From: Octopus vulgaris | Lineage: Eukaryota | DNA length: 64,000 bases | Reading direction: 5' to 3' | Assembly: GCA_951406725.2 (NCBI GenBank) | Contig: OX597835.1 | Location: 17,732,001-17,796,000 of the forward strand | Shown: piece after piece, positions 15,135 through 28,370 of the stretch | How positions within the stretch are numbered: position 1 is the stretch's first letter | Layout: every line of letters begins with the position of its first letter | Notes under the pieces: model-generated | Databases searched by the model: none | What the model saw: only the letters and a program-made list of their open reading frames with translations | Told to the model about the DNA's origin: nothing | Translations under genes and position numbers: made by a program

Positions 15135-15712
15135 GGCAGTGAGCTGGCAGAATCGTTAACACGCTAGACAAAATGCTTAGCGGTATTTCGTCTGCCGTTA
15201 CGTTCTGAGTTCAATTTCCGCCGAGGTAGACTTGGCCTTTCATCCTTTCGGGGTCGATTAAATAAGTACCAGTTACGAACTGGGGTCGATATAATCGATT
15301 TAATCCGTTTGTCTATCCTTGTTTGTCCTCTCTGTGTTTAGCCCCTTGAAGGTAATAAAGAAATAGGTATTTCGTCTGCCGTTACGTTCTGAGTTCAATT
15401 TCCTCCGAGGTCGACTTTGCCTTTCATCCTTTCGGGGTCGATTAAATAAACACCAGTTACTGGGGTCGATATAATCGACTTAATCCGTTTGTCTGTCTTT
15501 GTTTGTCCTCTCTGTGTTTAGCCCCTTGTGGATAGTAAAGAAATAGGTATTTCGTCTGCTGTGACATTCTGAGTTCAAATTCCGCCGAGGTTGACTTTGC
15601 CTTTCATCCTTTCGAGGTCGATAAATTAAGTACCAGTTGCGTACTGGGGTCAGCCCATTCGACTGGCATCCTTCCCCAAAATTTCAGGCCTTGTGTCTAG
15701 ATTAGAAAGAAT
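15135..15712 (+). mobile_element. tRNA-derived SINE family A (Meta-domain-like core), triplicated body
   Basis: Head GAGCTGGCAGAATCGTTA..GAGTTCAA.TTCC and core GGTCGACTTTGCCTTTCATCCTTTCGGGGTCGAT..AAGTACCAG repeated three times at ~180 bp. Other copies at ~1450, 1660, 14435, 19600, 20395, 21225, 23235, 25110, 33932, 42945, 51115, 61975 and 62150. Confidence 0.85.
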
Positions 15713-17243
15713 TAGTCATGATGCTTGATTCGATGGAAAGTAAAAGCGCGTGCCCCAGGGATCAGCGTGTTGAACTCATAAGGCTGTGAGTTCAAATATG
15801 CTGGGTTGACCAGCGTGTTGTGTTCTTGAGCAAGACACTTTATTTTCCACTGCATTACTCTACTGAGCTGTAATGTGTACTCATCTCGATGCGTGTGCAA
15901 CGCCCCCCTCATTCAGCGGCACATCCAGGGATGTGCCACTGGATCGAAGACGATTGGGTCTGAGAGGTCGTTTATGTCTGTTCCTGATTAAACAAGCAAC
16001 AAAAATAATTTGGGAAAGCATGACTCATGCCATTAAGGACTGGTGTATGGCAGCGTGGTCAAGAAGCTCGCAATCACTTCTTGGTTCGAGGTTCAATCCC
16101 GACGCGCGTCAAGTGGGCAAGTGTGTTCTCCCGTAGTCCCGGGCTGACCAGTGCCTTCTCGTTGAATTTGATAGACGGAAACTGTGTGGAAGCTCATTGT
16201 ACACACACGCACAGAAACACACACACATGTATATGTGTGTGTGTATACACGTGTATACACACACATGTATATATATGTGTGTATACACGTGTGTTTTTAT
16301 GTTGGTGTTGGGCTTGTGGTTGTTCCCCACACCGATTCACAACAGGTACTGGTTTGTTTACGTCCCCGTAACCTAGCAGTTCGGAAAGGAACTAAGAACC
16401 AGATTATAAAAAAAAGTAAAAAGAAAAAAATCCCAAAAGACGAAACAGAAAACCATTAGGGCTGACGTGGACTTGTTCAATTTAAATCGTTGAGATACAT
16501 GCTCCAGCGTAGGCGCAATGCATGAGACAAGTAAAAGAAAGAGAAAACAATGAAAACGAAGCCATACTCGTTCACGTCTGGTTGGCTACGAGCAAGTTTA
16601 GCCAGTAGGTGGTGTCTTGAAATATCGCAAGGAGATTTGTTCGTAAGGAAATCTCGCAAACGACATCTTTAATTTTGTGGTTTAGAAAAATAGCATCTTT
16701 CAGCTATTCCCTTATCCACAGGAAATGACCCACCTTCAGTTTACACCAATAGCAATATTGTTCGAACCCACATTCCTGTGATTACGCGTCAAGTGTTTTA
16801 CCACTAAGCTAAACTTATCTGTATCTTTCAATACACCTCAACGCTTCTAAAACAAACTTTATTTATTGACTTTCAACGTACGATAAGACTAGATAAAGCT
16901 AGATTTATATATCTCGAATTTGTAGAAGAAATGGTCGTTGGGGCAGAGGAGGAAATATTGAAATTCATTGTCAATGATATGTGTGTATGTTTTAATCCAG
17001 AATGGAGACCATTCCTCCATGAGATCGGTTTCAAAAATCGTTAGCATATTTTTTGCTAGCATAAAACCAATGGTAGCCTTAATACACAATAAAGAAATAT
17101 CCAGCAATGCAATATTAAGCATTCATTTTCGTGGTATACTCACACACGCACACACAGAGACAAATAAAGAAATAATAATATAGCATGATAGCATGAACAG
17201 GATAAACTAACCATATTTATATATATATATATATATATATATA

Positions 17244-17797
17244 CAGGGTTACTCAAAAAGAAAGGACAGATTTCAATTTTATGTTTAAGACAAACGGTAA
17301 GAAACACAAACACATTCTACATATTTCTTGATAGGGAAAGGTTTAAAGTTTATAGCTGAACATGATCAATTAGATCAAGCCTTAGATAAAATTATATTTT
17401 AATTTTGTTTTAATGCTTCATTTTGTTCATTTTATTTCAAGTTGTATAATTGTCACTTGTGTAATCCCTAAGAAAATGGCGACGCCACAAGAAAAGCCAT
17501 TTTGTGTGCGGCAGTTTGAGATATGCGAATCGATTGTGCAAGTGCAACGTGAATTTCGTCGCCAAATCAATAAAAATCCACCTCGTCACAGGCGAATTTA
17601 CGAATGGCATAAAAAATTTCACAGAAAAAGGTTGCATTTGTAAAGGAAAAAGCACCGGTGGCCAATGCTGAGTTCATACTACCTTAAAATAAACTTTAAA
17701 CCTTCCCTGTCAAAAAATATGTAGAATGTGTTTGTGTCTGTTACCGTTTGTTTTAAAAATAAAAGTTAAATCTTCTCTTGCTTTTTGAATAAACCTA
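17244..17797 (+). mobile_element. Internally deleted Tc1/mariner-superfamily DNA transposon with ~110-bp TIRs and TA target
   Basis: TA|CAGGGTTACTCAAAAAG.. is inverted at ..CTTTTTGAATAAACCTA|TA. It encodes a transposase N-terminal HTH (DUF4817-like) from 17476: MATPQEKPFCV..SIVQVQREFRR..PP....IYEWHKKF..GCICKGKSTG. Confidence 0.88.
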
Positions 17798-17799
17798 TA

Positions 17800-18025
17800 T
17801 ACTCTTTTACTCTTTTACTTGCTTCAGTCATTAGACAGCGGCCATGCTGGAGCACCGCCTTTAGTCGAGCAACTCGACCCCGGGACTTATTCTTTTTGTA
17901 AGCCCAGTACTTATTCTATCGGTCTCTTTTTGCCGAACCGCTAAGTGACGGGGACGTAAACACACCAGCATCGGTTGTCAAGCAACGCTAGGGGGACAAA
18001 CACAGACACACAAACACACACATAT

Positions 18026-18068
<43 letters not shown>

Positions 18069-18228
18069 TACGACAGGCTTCTTTCAGTTTCCGTCTACCA
18101 AATCCACTCACAAGGCATTGGTCGGCCCGGCGCTATAGCAGAAGACACTTGCCCAAGATGCCACGCAGTGGGACTGAACCCGGAACCATGTGGTTGGTTA
18201 GCAAGCTACTTACCACACAGCCACTCCT
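17800..18228 (-). mobile_element. tRNA-derived CORE-like SINE (family B), near full length
   Basis: A box TGGCTGTGTGG, B box GGTTCAGTCCC, CORE-like CATCTTGGGCAAGTGTCTT, internal (TA)/(TG) microsatellite, (GAGTAAAA)n tail. Confidence 0.88.
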
Positions 18229-18904
18229 TTATCTTTTATCTTTTTCTTGCTTCAGTCATTGGACAGCGGCCATGCTGGGGCACCCCTTGAAGAATTTTTC
18301 AGAAGACGAATGTGTCAACCCCTATAGTTTTTTTCATTTTTAAGCCTGGTATTTATTCTATCAGTCACATATGCTGAACTGCTATGTTACGGGGACATAA
18401 ACATATCAACACCGGTTGTAAAGCTGTTGTGGAGGACAAGCAGAACACAAATATACACACATACGCAAACACATATACACCCCCACTCACACGCACACAC
18501 TCACCCCCACCACACACCCACACACCCACGGCAAGTTTCGTCTCATGGTCCATTGGTCATCGCATTCTATAGTAAAAAGTAACCGCTTGCCCCAACTGGC
18601 TGTAATATGTGATCGAACTCTAAAGTACATGGTTATTAAACTATATTATTAACAACTTAACTATCTTAAGGTCTTTCTAACAGAAGAATGATTTATACAG
18701 GGGTCTAGAATGCAAAATACTTTGGCGTTCAGCCACAGATTATTCCACAAAGATCTACGAGACATCTGATGAAAGATGCTTTAATCGAAATAAAATTAAC
18801 TTTTCTTTGTGTAATGTATATCTAGGACTACTTCGAATGTATCTTCCTTATTTTTGAGGGTAGGACCATGATTCTAACCGGTGTATCATCAGTTGATGAT
18901 TACT

Positions 18905-19490
18905 ATAACTTTCCACGTGAGAATAAGAAATATATTTGTTATGAATGTTCTCAGGCGAAAGAGCAAAAGAAAAACAAAAGACTTCTTTCTATATTTCCGC
19001 AGGTGTGAATGTTCAGCAAGTCTGATGTTAATTTGTCTTAGGTAAGAATGTAATATAATAGATATGTTGTAAAATCGTCTCAAGTAGGAATATGACACAA
19101 TATATATTGCTAAGTTACGTAAGGTGCAAATATCATACAGGTATGTTGTTGAGTTATCTTGGGTGAAGGTTTTTACAGGTTTGTTTCTAATTTGTCTCAG
19201 GTGAGAACATTCTATAAGCGTGTTGCAAAATTGCTTCAGGTCAAAAGTTATACAGGTGTGTTTTTAATTGTCTAATATTTTACGAGTTGATTGTTAAACT
19301 GTCTCAGGAAAGAAAATATCATTTGTTAAACTGGCTCAGGTGAGAATATGCTACAGGAACGTTGCTCAGCTAAGAATTTTTTTTTTCTGGATATTTTTAG
19401 TTAATACAGGTTCGTTACTAAATCGTCTCAGGTGAGACTATTCAACAGTTAGATGCAAAAGTGTCTCAGGTGAAAATACTCAACAGCTTT
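18905..19490. repeat. Diverged ~39-bp minisatellite, about 13-14 units
   Basis: Consensus approximately AATTGTCTCAGGTGAGAATATTATACAGGTTTGTTGCTA. Confidence 0.75.
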
Positions 19491-19829
19491 TAGCTGAATT
19501 ACCTTTAGTTTGTCATTAAATTGTACTAGAATACGATATAGTTTGTTAATACCTTGGCTGAAAGCTAGAATATTTTCACACTAATTTTCTGCATTCGACT
19601 ATTGGTTTCAAATTTTGACACAATGCCAGTAATTTCGGGAGAAGTGGTAAGCCGATTACATCGATCTTAACCCCCCCCCCGACAACCACAGCCCAGTACA
19701 AAGTCGACCTCGGTGGAATTTGAACTCGGAACGTAAAGACGGACGAAATGCCACTGAGCATTTTACCCGGCGCGGTAACACGTCTGCTAGCTCGCAGCCT
19801 TAATCTACTATATATATATATACACACAC

Positions 19830-20127
19830 ATCACGTGATCACGTGACCGACTAGGCAATCAGATGTTGCTACACATCGCTGGTCACAATGCGCTTCGCAT
19901 TGTTTTAGCCTTCAAGTGACGCCACCCCGCTTGGCTAAGCGAGCAGGCCAACAGAAGAAAGAGTGAGAGAAAGTTGCGGCGAAAGAGTACAGCAGAGATC
20001 GCCACCACCACCCTGCCGGAGCCTAGTGAAGCTTTATGTGTTTTCGCTCAATAAACACTCACAACGACTGCGCGATCCCACAACCGCGAGTCCGTTGCCC
20101 CAACCACTGGGCCATTGCGCCTCCACA
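19830..20127 (-). mobile_element. SINE family C with alternative tail
   Basis: Same head and body as 47097; different 3' part ending TCACGTGATCACGTGAT. Confidence 0.82.
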
Positions 20128-20129
20128 CA

Positions 20130-20218
<89 letters not shown>

Positions 20219-20614
20219 AGAAAGATAGATAGATAGATAGGTATAGATATATACATACATACAAACATACATACATACATACATACATAATACATACATA
20301 ATACATACATAATACATACATACATGTTATAGTTTCAAATTTTAGTAAAAGAAAAGAACAGGAAGTTCTGGAAAGTTCTCGCCGCAATGAGGAAATGCAA
20401 AGTCGAACTCGGTGGAATTGAACTCAAAGATCGTAAAGACGGACGAAACGCCGCTAAGAATTTTGTCCGGTGGGGCAGCGATTCTATCAGCTCACCGCCT
20501 TAATCTTAGATGTACTTTTACATTACAATTTAAACTTCAGTGATTCTCAATTTCGTCCACATACACTCTTTACCATGGCACCTGAATCCGTGTAGGTCCC
20601 TTTTCTCAATGGGC

Positions 20615-20792
20615 AGATCTTAAAATAGGGGCTGCAATAAGGGTGGAGAACTTGCAGATTACAGCACTGCTTGGAACCGCTCGAATACTGCGGATGGTGC
20701 TCGAAAAATACGAGGTGTTATCTTAGTTCACTGGTAGTGAACAGCTGGCACCGTAGTACATCTCCAACGATAGAAGCTGTGCAAAGACAGTA
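20615..20792 (+). mobile_element. R4/Dong 3' fragment, same family as 22335-22510
   Basis: IGAAIRVENLQITALLGTARILRMVLE and a shared UTR. Confidence 0.8.
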
Positions 20793-20807
20793 AATAATGA
20801 TAATAAT

Positions 20808-21148
20808 ATTGTTGTATGTAGGAATGGTCATTTTTCCAGTTTAGCCAATAAAAACACACGCACTATATATTTGGTGTTACTAACGGTTAGTAAGGAGAGA
20901 CACACAAATAAGAAAGAAGAAAGCAAAGGAGCACTGATGCGGTCACAGGAGTGTAACGAAAGAACTCTGGCCGAAATAAGATTAAGATTAATGTAAAAAA
21001 TAAATAACACTGAAGCAAAATAACACCAAATATATAGTGCGTGTGTTTTTATTGGCTAAACTGGCAAAATGACCATTCCGAAATACAACAATGTCTGTTT
21101 CAACACACGACTTCACATAAAAAATATTGCACAACAAATATATAAACG
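20808..21148 (+). mobile_element. Fold-back element with ~72-bp inverted arms; probable PLE end with inverted terminal copy
   Basis: 20808-20879 is the reverse complement of 21021-21092 with ~3 mismatches. A hammerhead-like CUGAUGCG-GUCACA-GGAG-UGUAAC-GAAA lies at 20934-20961. Confidence 0.6.
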
Positions 21149-21216
<68 letters not shown>

Positions 21217-21344
21217 GTAATAATACTTTTGTTACAAGGCCAGAAAATTCAGGCGAGGGGTAAGTTTATTACATCGACACCAGTGTTCAACTGGTACTTT
21301 TTTTATCGACTTCAATAGGATGAAAGGCAAAATCAACCTCGGTA

Positions 21345-22508
21345 AAGGCATACAGAAACCTGACAGAAAAACTAGAAAGCTTTTGACAATATATGGAGCC
21401 CAGCATTCGAAAGCTAATATGAATTGGGTGTACTTGAAGAGTGATCATGATGGAAGAGACTTCATTGTTGTGGAGGAGAGTGTACAGTTTTAAAATAAAA
21501 GTGGAATAAAATATTTACTGAACAGCTGAAAGAAATTACTAAAGACATTGAATAAAGAACAGAAGATGAAGTGTGGAACAGGAGAAAGGGACAAGAATGA
21601 AATTCAAAGAGAACTTCTTAAATAGATTGAAGGTAAACGTTTGCATAGTGAGTTTCGGAAAGCCGTTGAGGATTTACTTGGAACAAAATACTGGGTGACG
21701 TACATTTGCAATTTAAATATGGCTAACCCCTAAGGGTGGATGCTACTGTAGTTTGTAGCCTCAGGGGGACACCTCCTCCAGCTGGGTATAGACACACTTT
21801 CTGTGCCCTATCAGTATTTGCAAAGGGAAGCCATCCTTCCCGTCTCCAACTTATGATACACACGGACTCGAGTTTCTGGGTATTGACCCGTCATCGACGT
21901 GTGACAATCACAGTTGTCGATGAAAAGTAGGTTCCCTTCACAAATACATATACTTTTTCCAGTATCGTAAAGACACTGATATCGAAAAAGTGTAAAGAAG
22001 CAATAGTAAATCTGAGAGCGAGTTTAGTTGAAAAAAGGGAGATTGAAAAAGAGAGATGGCCTTATTATAGCAGCTTAAGATCAAGCATTAAAAAGAAATA
22101 ACTTGAGAAAATATGTGTATGGGGAGAAGTTGTCATAAAAAAAAGTAGAGTATAGTGAATTTGGAATGAGATCTGTGGTACATATTGTTGCAGAATATCC
22201 GAAGTTGGCCCTGGGAGAATACAAGAAAAGGCGGCATGACCAAATTGTGAAAGTGTTACACTGGAAGATTTGCAGAAATGGGGATTTGAAGCTGGGGTTA
22301 CATGTGAATAGTGAGTAAAAAATCTTGAGAAGTACTTGTAACAAATAGGGGCTGCAATAAGGGTGGAGCACTTGCAGTAAACAGCACTGCTTGGAACCGC
22401 TCGAATACTCCGGAAGGTGCTCGAAAAATAAGAGGTGTTACCTGAGTTCACTGGTAGTGAATAGCTGACGCCGTAGTACACCTCCAGTGTTAGAAGCTGT
22501 GCAAAGGC

Positions 22509-22510
<2 letters not shown>
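21345..22510 (+). mobile_element. Degenerate, interrupted R4/Dong-clade LINE C-terminal region, third family
   Basis: Broken peptides DRKTRKLLTIYG, VVHIVAEYPKLALGEYKKRRHDQIVKVLHWKIC and TALLGTARILRKVLE. Ends in (TAA)n. Unrelated sequence at ~21690-21960. Confidence 0.75.
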
Positions 22511-22573
<63 letters not shown>

Positions 22574-22574
22574 T

Positions 22575-22895
22575 AATAGAAAAGCTTTCTCACTATAAAG
22601 ATTTGCAAAATGAAATCACAAAAATGTGGGAGCTTTGTACTACGATGATAACAGTAGTAACTGGTGTGTTGGGAATGATAAAGAAGGGAGCTGAGGAGTA
22701 TATTAAACAACTACCTGGTAATTCCAATCTCTGTGATCTACAAAAGATAACCTTGATGGGTACTGCCCATATACTACGGAAAGCAGGTAATAATTTTAGC
22801 AAGCATAGCCAAACAAAAATGCTCTTGCTACTCTTGTTCTCCGGAGGATGCCCGGTACTAAAGCAGTTGAAATAAAGCTATAATGAAAGGAGACC
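22575..22895 (+). mobile_element. R4/Dong-clade LINE 3' fragment, second family, in (TAA)n
   Basis: EKLSHYKDLQNEITKMW..VVTGVLG..LQKITLMGTAHILRKA. (TAA)n on both sides. Confidence 0.85.
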
Positions 22896-22951
<56 letters not shown>

Positions 22952-23050
22952 TAATAATGTGTATGGAAAGCACTCGGCGGGAAACGAAAGAAAATTTGAA
23001 GAAAGAAGGAAAAAACACAATAATAATAACAATAATAATAGTAATAATAA

Positions 23051-23195
23051 CACACGCAGAACATCCTACGCAGAACACTTTCCATACAATAACCATCAGA
23101 GCATCACAACAAATCACAGCACATACCCAAGGCACACAGAGCTGCGCTCGGTAGTGAAGTGAAAGCACGCTATAAAAATAAAAATAAAACTACTG
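23051..23195 (+). mobile_element. Short 3' fragment of the same R4/Dong family in (TAA)n
   Basis: Matches the reverse complement of 62593-62725 (HILRRTLSIQ* plus UTR). Confidence 0.88.
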
Positions 23196-23542
23196 AATAA
23201 TAATAATAATAATAATAATGATAATAATAATGATCCTTTTTACTAAATGTAGGAGGCCTGAAATTTCGGGGGAAAGAACTAATCGATTACATTAACCCCT
23301 GTGTTTCACTGGTTCTTAAGTTATCGACACCGAAAGGATGAAAGGCAAAGTTAACTTTGGCTGAATTTGAACTCAGAACGTGTAGAACTCAGGACTCAGA
23401 CGAAACGCTGCTAAGCATTTTGCCCGGCGTGCTAAGGATTCCCGCCATCTCACCACCTCTGTTGTACTACTACTACTGCTACTACTACTACTACTACTCC
23501 TACTCCTACTACTACTACTACTACTAATAATAATAATAATAG

Positions 23543-23875
23543 AGAGCATCATAGCCATGTGTTGAGAGGGATTCTTTGGGGTTTGAATAATTCACCTCTG
23601 GAAACATGGGTGGTTCTTACAACATCCTTAAACAACCCTTATTCAGGGACCTTTTGAGCGGGATGGGCTACTCAACCTGAAGAAAATTCTAACTGGGCCT
23701 CACCTGCAAGGTCATGTGCTGTTTATCTTGATATAAGATCACCATGTCGCGCACATATGGTTGTGATGCATGTGCCTGGTGTACCCTTATCAGGCGGGTA
23801 GTCATGATGGGTATATTGGGCTTCGTATATTTTACCCCAGTGTCACTTTGATGGCATGCACTGCTCTCTCACTCA
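23543..23875 (+). repeat. Non-coding interspersed repeat ending in (TAA)n; diverged copy at ~25367-25890
   Basis: Both loci share GCATCATAGCCATG.GTTGAGAGG..CTGGAAACATGGGTG..AGATCACCATGTC..CAG.GTCACT. Confidence 0.7.
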
Positions 23876-24076
23876 ATAATAATAATAATAGCAAAATAAA
23901 TAATAATATATTTTGGCACAAAATCAGAAATTTTAGTGGTGTGTTAAGTTGATTATGCAGGTCCAGTAGCGTTGGTTATTTCACCCGGCGCAGTAACATT
24001 GTTGTCAGCACCGCCCTAATGATGTCTACGACCATGACGACGACGATGATGATGATGATGATCATGGTAATAACAA

Positions 24077-24128
<52 letters not shown>

Positions 24129-24417
24129 CGCAATGACGATGATTACGATGTAGTTGCTGTTATGGATGGTGAACTTTGCTTGCTCAGAGTTAGTCCTGGT
24201 GCAGAGTTTGATATTGAAATTACATATATATAGGTAAATGTATGTATATATATATATATATATATACATACATACATATGAATATATATATGTTTATATA
24301 TACATATATATATATCTATCTGTCTATACATGTATGTATATATATATATATATATATATAAATGAATATATACATGCATATAAATACATATATGTATATA
24401 TATACATCTGTATATGC

Positions 24418-24472
<55 letters not shown>

Positions 24473-24964
24473 TAGATAGATAGATATACACATATACATA
24501 CACATTGCTATTAATGGCTAATGCAATACAGCGGCCATATTGTTTTATGACAATGTTTGCGTCGATTGTAGCATTTGTGTTGTTTGTATTCCATTATTTA
24601 TATATTTGTTTGTTTGCCTGTTTAAATGTTTCTATGATGAGAAAGGCCAGAGGTCACAATAACTGCACTAAATTAGGAAGAAATCCATTCGGCTAATGGC
24701 CACCACGGAGTGCTTCACCAAAAGCTAATATCGATTTGAAACATCTACAGAAAGCCTCGGTATTCGCTGGGTGGAGAACAAACTGGCGATTATGTTCCTC
24801 ACTAGTACTTTATTTTATTGCTGTTTCTAAGAAGAAAGGGAAATAGGTAGACGTTGTTGGTGGGATACCGTAGTTGGATGTATGGAGGCGTAAATAAATA
24901 GCGCAACTCAGTTTGTCCGATGTGACTTAGAGTTGATTCTACGAATATACCCTGGCCCGCAAAA

Positions 24965-25005
<41 letters not shown>

Positions 25006-25902
25006 ACACACACACACACACAAAAGCGCGCGCGTATGTGTGTATATATATATACATATATGTATTTATGTATATACTATAGAAAATAACTTCAGCAGTA
25101 ATGATAATTTTTCTACTATAAGCTCGAGACTTAAAAATATAGGGTATGAGGCTAGTTTATTATATCGACCCCAGTAGGCAACCGGTATCTATTTTATAGG
25201 TTTCCGAAAGGATGAAAAGCAAAGTCGACTTTGGTGGAATTTGCACATAGTGCGTAAAGACGGACGAAATGCTGCTAAGCATACTACCAGTTCACTGCCT
25301 TAGATAACAACAACAACAACAATAGTAGTAGTAGTAGTAGTAGTAGTAGTTGCAGCAGCAGATGCAGTACCAGGCAGTGTATCTTGCCCTCCTGCAGTAT
25401 CCGACACTGGCTCTCATAACTTCTGATCTTAACTGATTGGAAGTGTTATGTACAAGTTTTGACTTGGAATAAAAGATGAGCAGAAAAGCTGAGCAAATAT
25501 TCTGCTTAATACCACAGATTTGCTTGTCAGTTGTTTGACCTTAAGCAGTTGAGCGTGTCTCTTAGCGGCTGATAATGTGCACCTCTGATTACGAGCAGAA
25601 GTGATGGAGGTGCATCATAGCCATGAGTTGAGAGGAATTTAGTGGGGGCTTAGAAAAATCCTCTTCTGGAAACATGGGTGTTTCGTCTATCATCCTTGAA
25701 CATACTTTACGCTTTGAATAGGATGGGCTATTCTAATTGGTCATTTGCTGCTTATCTCGATATTAGATCACCATGTCTCACACGTATGGTTGCGATGCAA
25801 TGCCTGACGTATCTTTATCACGTTCCATCAGAATTGGGTTTTGTCTCTTTGTATCACAGCGTCACTGAGATGACATGCGCTGGTCTTTCAGTTATTATTA
25901 TT

Positions 25903-25934
<32 letters not shown>

Positions 25935-25937
<3 letters not shown>

Positions 25938-26142
25938 AAAACATATTAAGAATAGTGGAGGTGGTGCTAGGCTCGATGTGTTCCAGAAGACAGTATTTTT
26001 GTGTACAGCTCGAATTCTAAAGAGAGTATTGTCGTGTTTTATCATATACATGGATTTTTGTGCTAAGTCCCCTCCTCTCGTGTTTTGTATTGTCCCTTTT
26101 TCTTGTTTTGTGTTCGGCCCTTGTGGTCAATAAAGAATATTA
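25935..26142 (+). mobile_element. R4/Dong-like 3' fragment, fourth family
   Basis: LDVFQKTVFLCTARILKRVL directly after a (TAA)n tract. Confidence 0.6.
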
Positions 26143-27893
26143 TCGTTGGCTATGTATGTTCATAGTCATTATATTTTATTTTTATCTCGGCGCCGTTCAG
26201 TTGACTTGACGCCATTTTCAATCAGGTCGAAACAAAACAATGTTTAAAATGTTCAAATAAAGTCCATTTTATTACTAAAAATTATTTTCATAAAAAAAAA
26301 ACAATGAAAACAATTGTCTGGTTAAAATGCTGTTGCGCATCAAGACCTTGTGAAAATAATCGAATTGTCGAAGACGGTGTTAATAACTAAAGGCGTTGAA
26401 TAAAAAAAATGATAAAAAATCAAAAATGAAAGAGAAATTGCTGTTATATTTTTCAAAATGGAGCGAGAATTATTAAAATAAAAATTTACTCACCTTTTAT
26501 AAATGTTACGCACTGAAAATATTTTCCAATTTAGGAAAAGCCTTGGTATGGATAAGCGATTAACAACCACACATTTTCTCGATAGACTGATCAATAAAGG
26601 ACTAAACAATCAAATGATGTGAGTAAAGGCTATTTAATGTATACGATAATGGTTCTTCGAGTGAGTGGCAAAATGCCACGTGTTTCACGGATGGGTGCGC
26701 AGCGGAATTTAATCAATACGACTACGTGTGTGGCACTTTATCGTATCGACGCCGCGAGGATGAAAGGTGAATTTAAAACCTTTAGGGCGTAATTTCGCAA
26801 AGACTTCAACCATGCATTATCAACAACAAAAACAGAATATAAAATACTAATTTCCTAGAAGGTGGATGGCTACATTATGCTGGGTGACTTCTTCATCTAT
26901 CTAAAAGAACCAACAAATTACTAAATGATGAAAGAAGAAATGAAACAGATTTAGTTTCCAAGCGAAGGCAAACATTAATTCAGATCTTTTCGGTCGCTGT
27001 CACAAATCTCACATTTCATTTTTTGTTTTTTCAATTTGGCTCCAATAGTTTCCAGATTTGGTTATATCGATTTAGTTTTGTATGATAATTATGATAATGA
27101 AATTCATTTTCGCCATGAATTAATAAATAAAAAGTTAATAGCTTTTAAAGTTTTGCAAATTTTGAGCAATTTTGGACAATCGAAATTCACTGTAACTCTC
27201 AAGACCACCAATCTCACATTGGAGTCTGTTTCTTTAGTATGAAGCAAAGCAGTAGTGTGACACTATTACCGCCGAAACGTTAGTTTCTCCCTCTTACCTT
27301 CCCCTTCCCTCCTCCCTTCATTCCATCCCTCTTTCCTTCCTTCCTTCCTAACTTCTTTCCCTCCCTCTTTCCTTCCTTCCTTCCTTCCTTCCTTCCCCCC
27401 TTGTCTCTCTCAGTTTGAGTTTATATGTGTGCGTGACTGTGCATGTGTGTGCGTATGTCTATATGTCTGCTTATGTGTGTGTATGTCTGTGTGTGTGTTT
27501 ACCTGTGGGAAATGGATCACCGACGTCCAATTTTGTCTTTGATCATCAATTTGGCGGTGAGCATCAATAGTTCCATCATCCCTAGATGGAAATATTCTAA
27601 ACAACGGTTAGAACATGTAAATACATATATAGCGTCAACGATGACAAGTACAATATTTTCACCACCACCAGAAACCCCAACACCACCAGCTTCACCACCA
27701 CCACACTACCACAACTGAGTTTCTTTCCGTTTCCTTCAACCAAATCCACTTAGAAGACTTTTTGTCCCGAGGCTAAAGTAGAAGACAATGGCCCAAGATG
27801 CAACGCAGTGGGAGTGACCCGGAAACATGTGGTTCGTAAACAACCTACATACCACACAGTCATTCCTACGCCTATATTTATATTATATTTCAC

Positions 27894-27937
<44 letters not shown>

Positions 27938-28083
27938 GAGAGAGAGATAATGAAAGAGGGAGAGAGAGACATGGATAAAATAGAGAGATAGGTGTACATA
28001 TATACATATATATATATGTTTTGACTGCTTCTAGCGTGTAAAAACTGCCTGTTGAAGGCAGTTTTCTCTTGTGTTTAAATGGG

Positions 28084-28138
<55 letters not shown>

Positions 28139-28140
<2 letters not shown>

Positions 28141-28308
28141 TCGTTAGCCACTACACATATTCTTTTCTCTCCTTGTTTTTTCTGTGTCCCTTTCTGTAGA
28201 AGAGCATAGGCTCGAAACGTAAAAGACTTTCTATTCCTGAGCGTTATACTAATACATCTGTTTGTTTTATACACCACCTGTCTTCTTCTTTTTTTTTTTT
28301 TTCGTAAA

Positions 28309-28310
<2 letters not shown>
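28139..28310 (+). mobile_element. Solo PLE pLTR (diverged subfamily) in (TA)n, hammerhead motif at 28190-28225
   Basis: CUUU-CUGUAGA-A-GAGC-AUAG-GCUC-GAA-ACGU-A-AAAG, followed by TTCCTGAGCGTTATACTAATAC as in the 58-kb repeats. Confidence 0.82.

Positions 28311-28370
<60 letters not shown>

Noticed and set aside
16889-17183. Complex-sequence ORFs of 71-77 aa on both strands
   Set aside because: No recognisable family; length is within chance expectation.
18905-19490. CRISPR-like periodicity
   Set aside because: Whole units are homologous, there are no unique spacers, and the context is eukaryotic.
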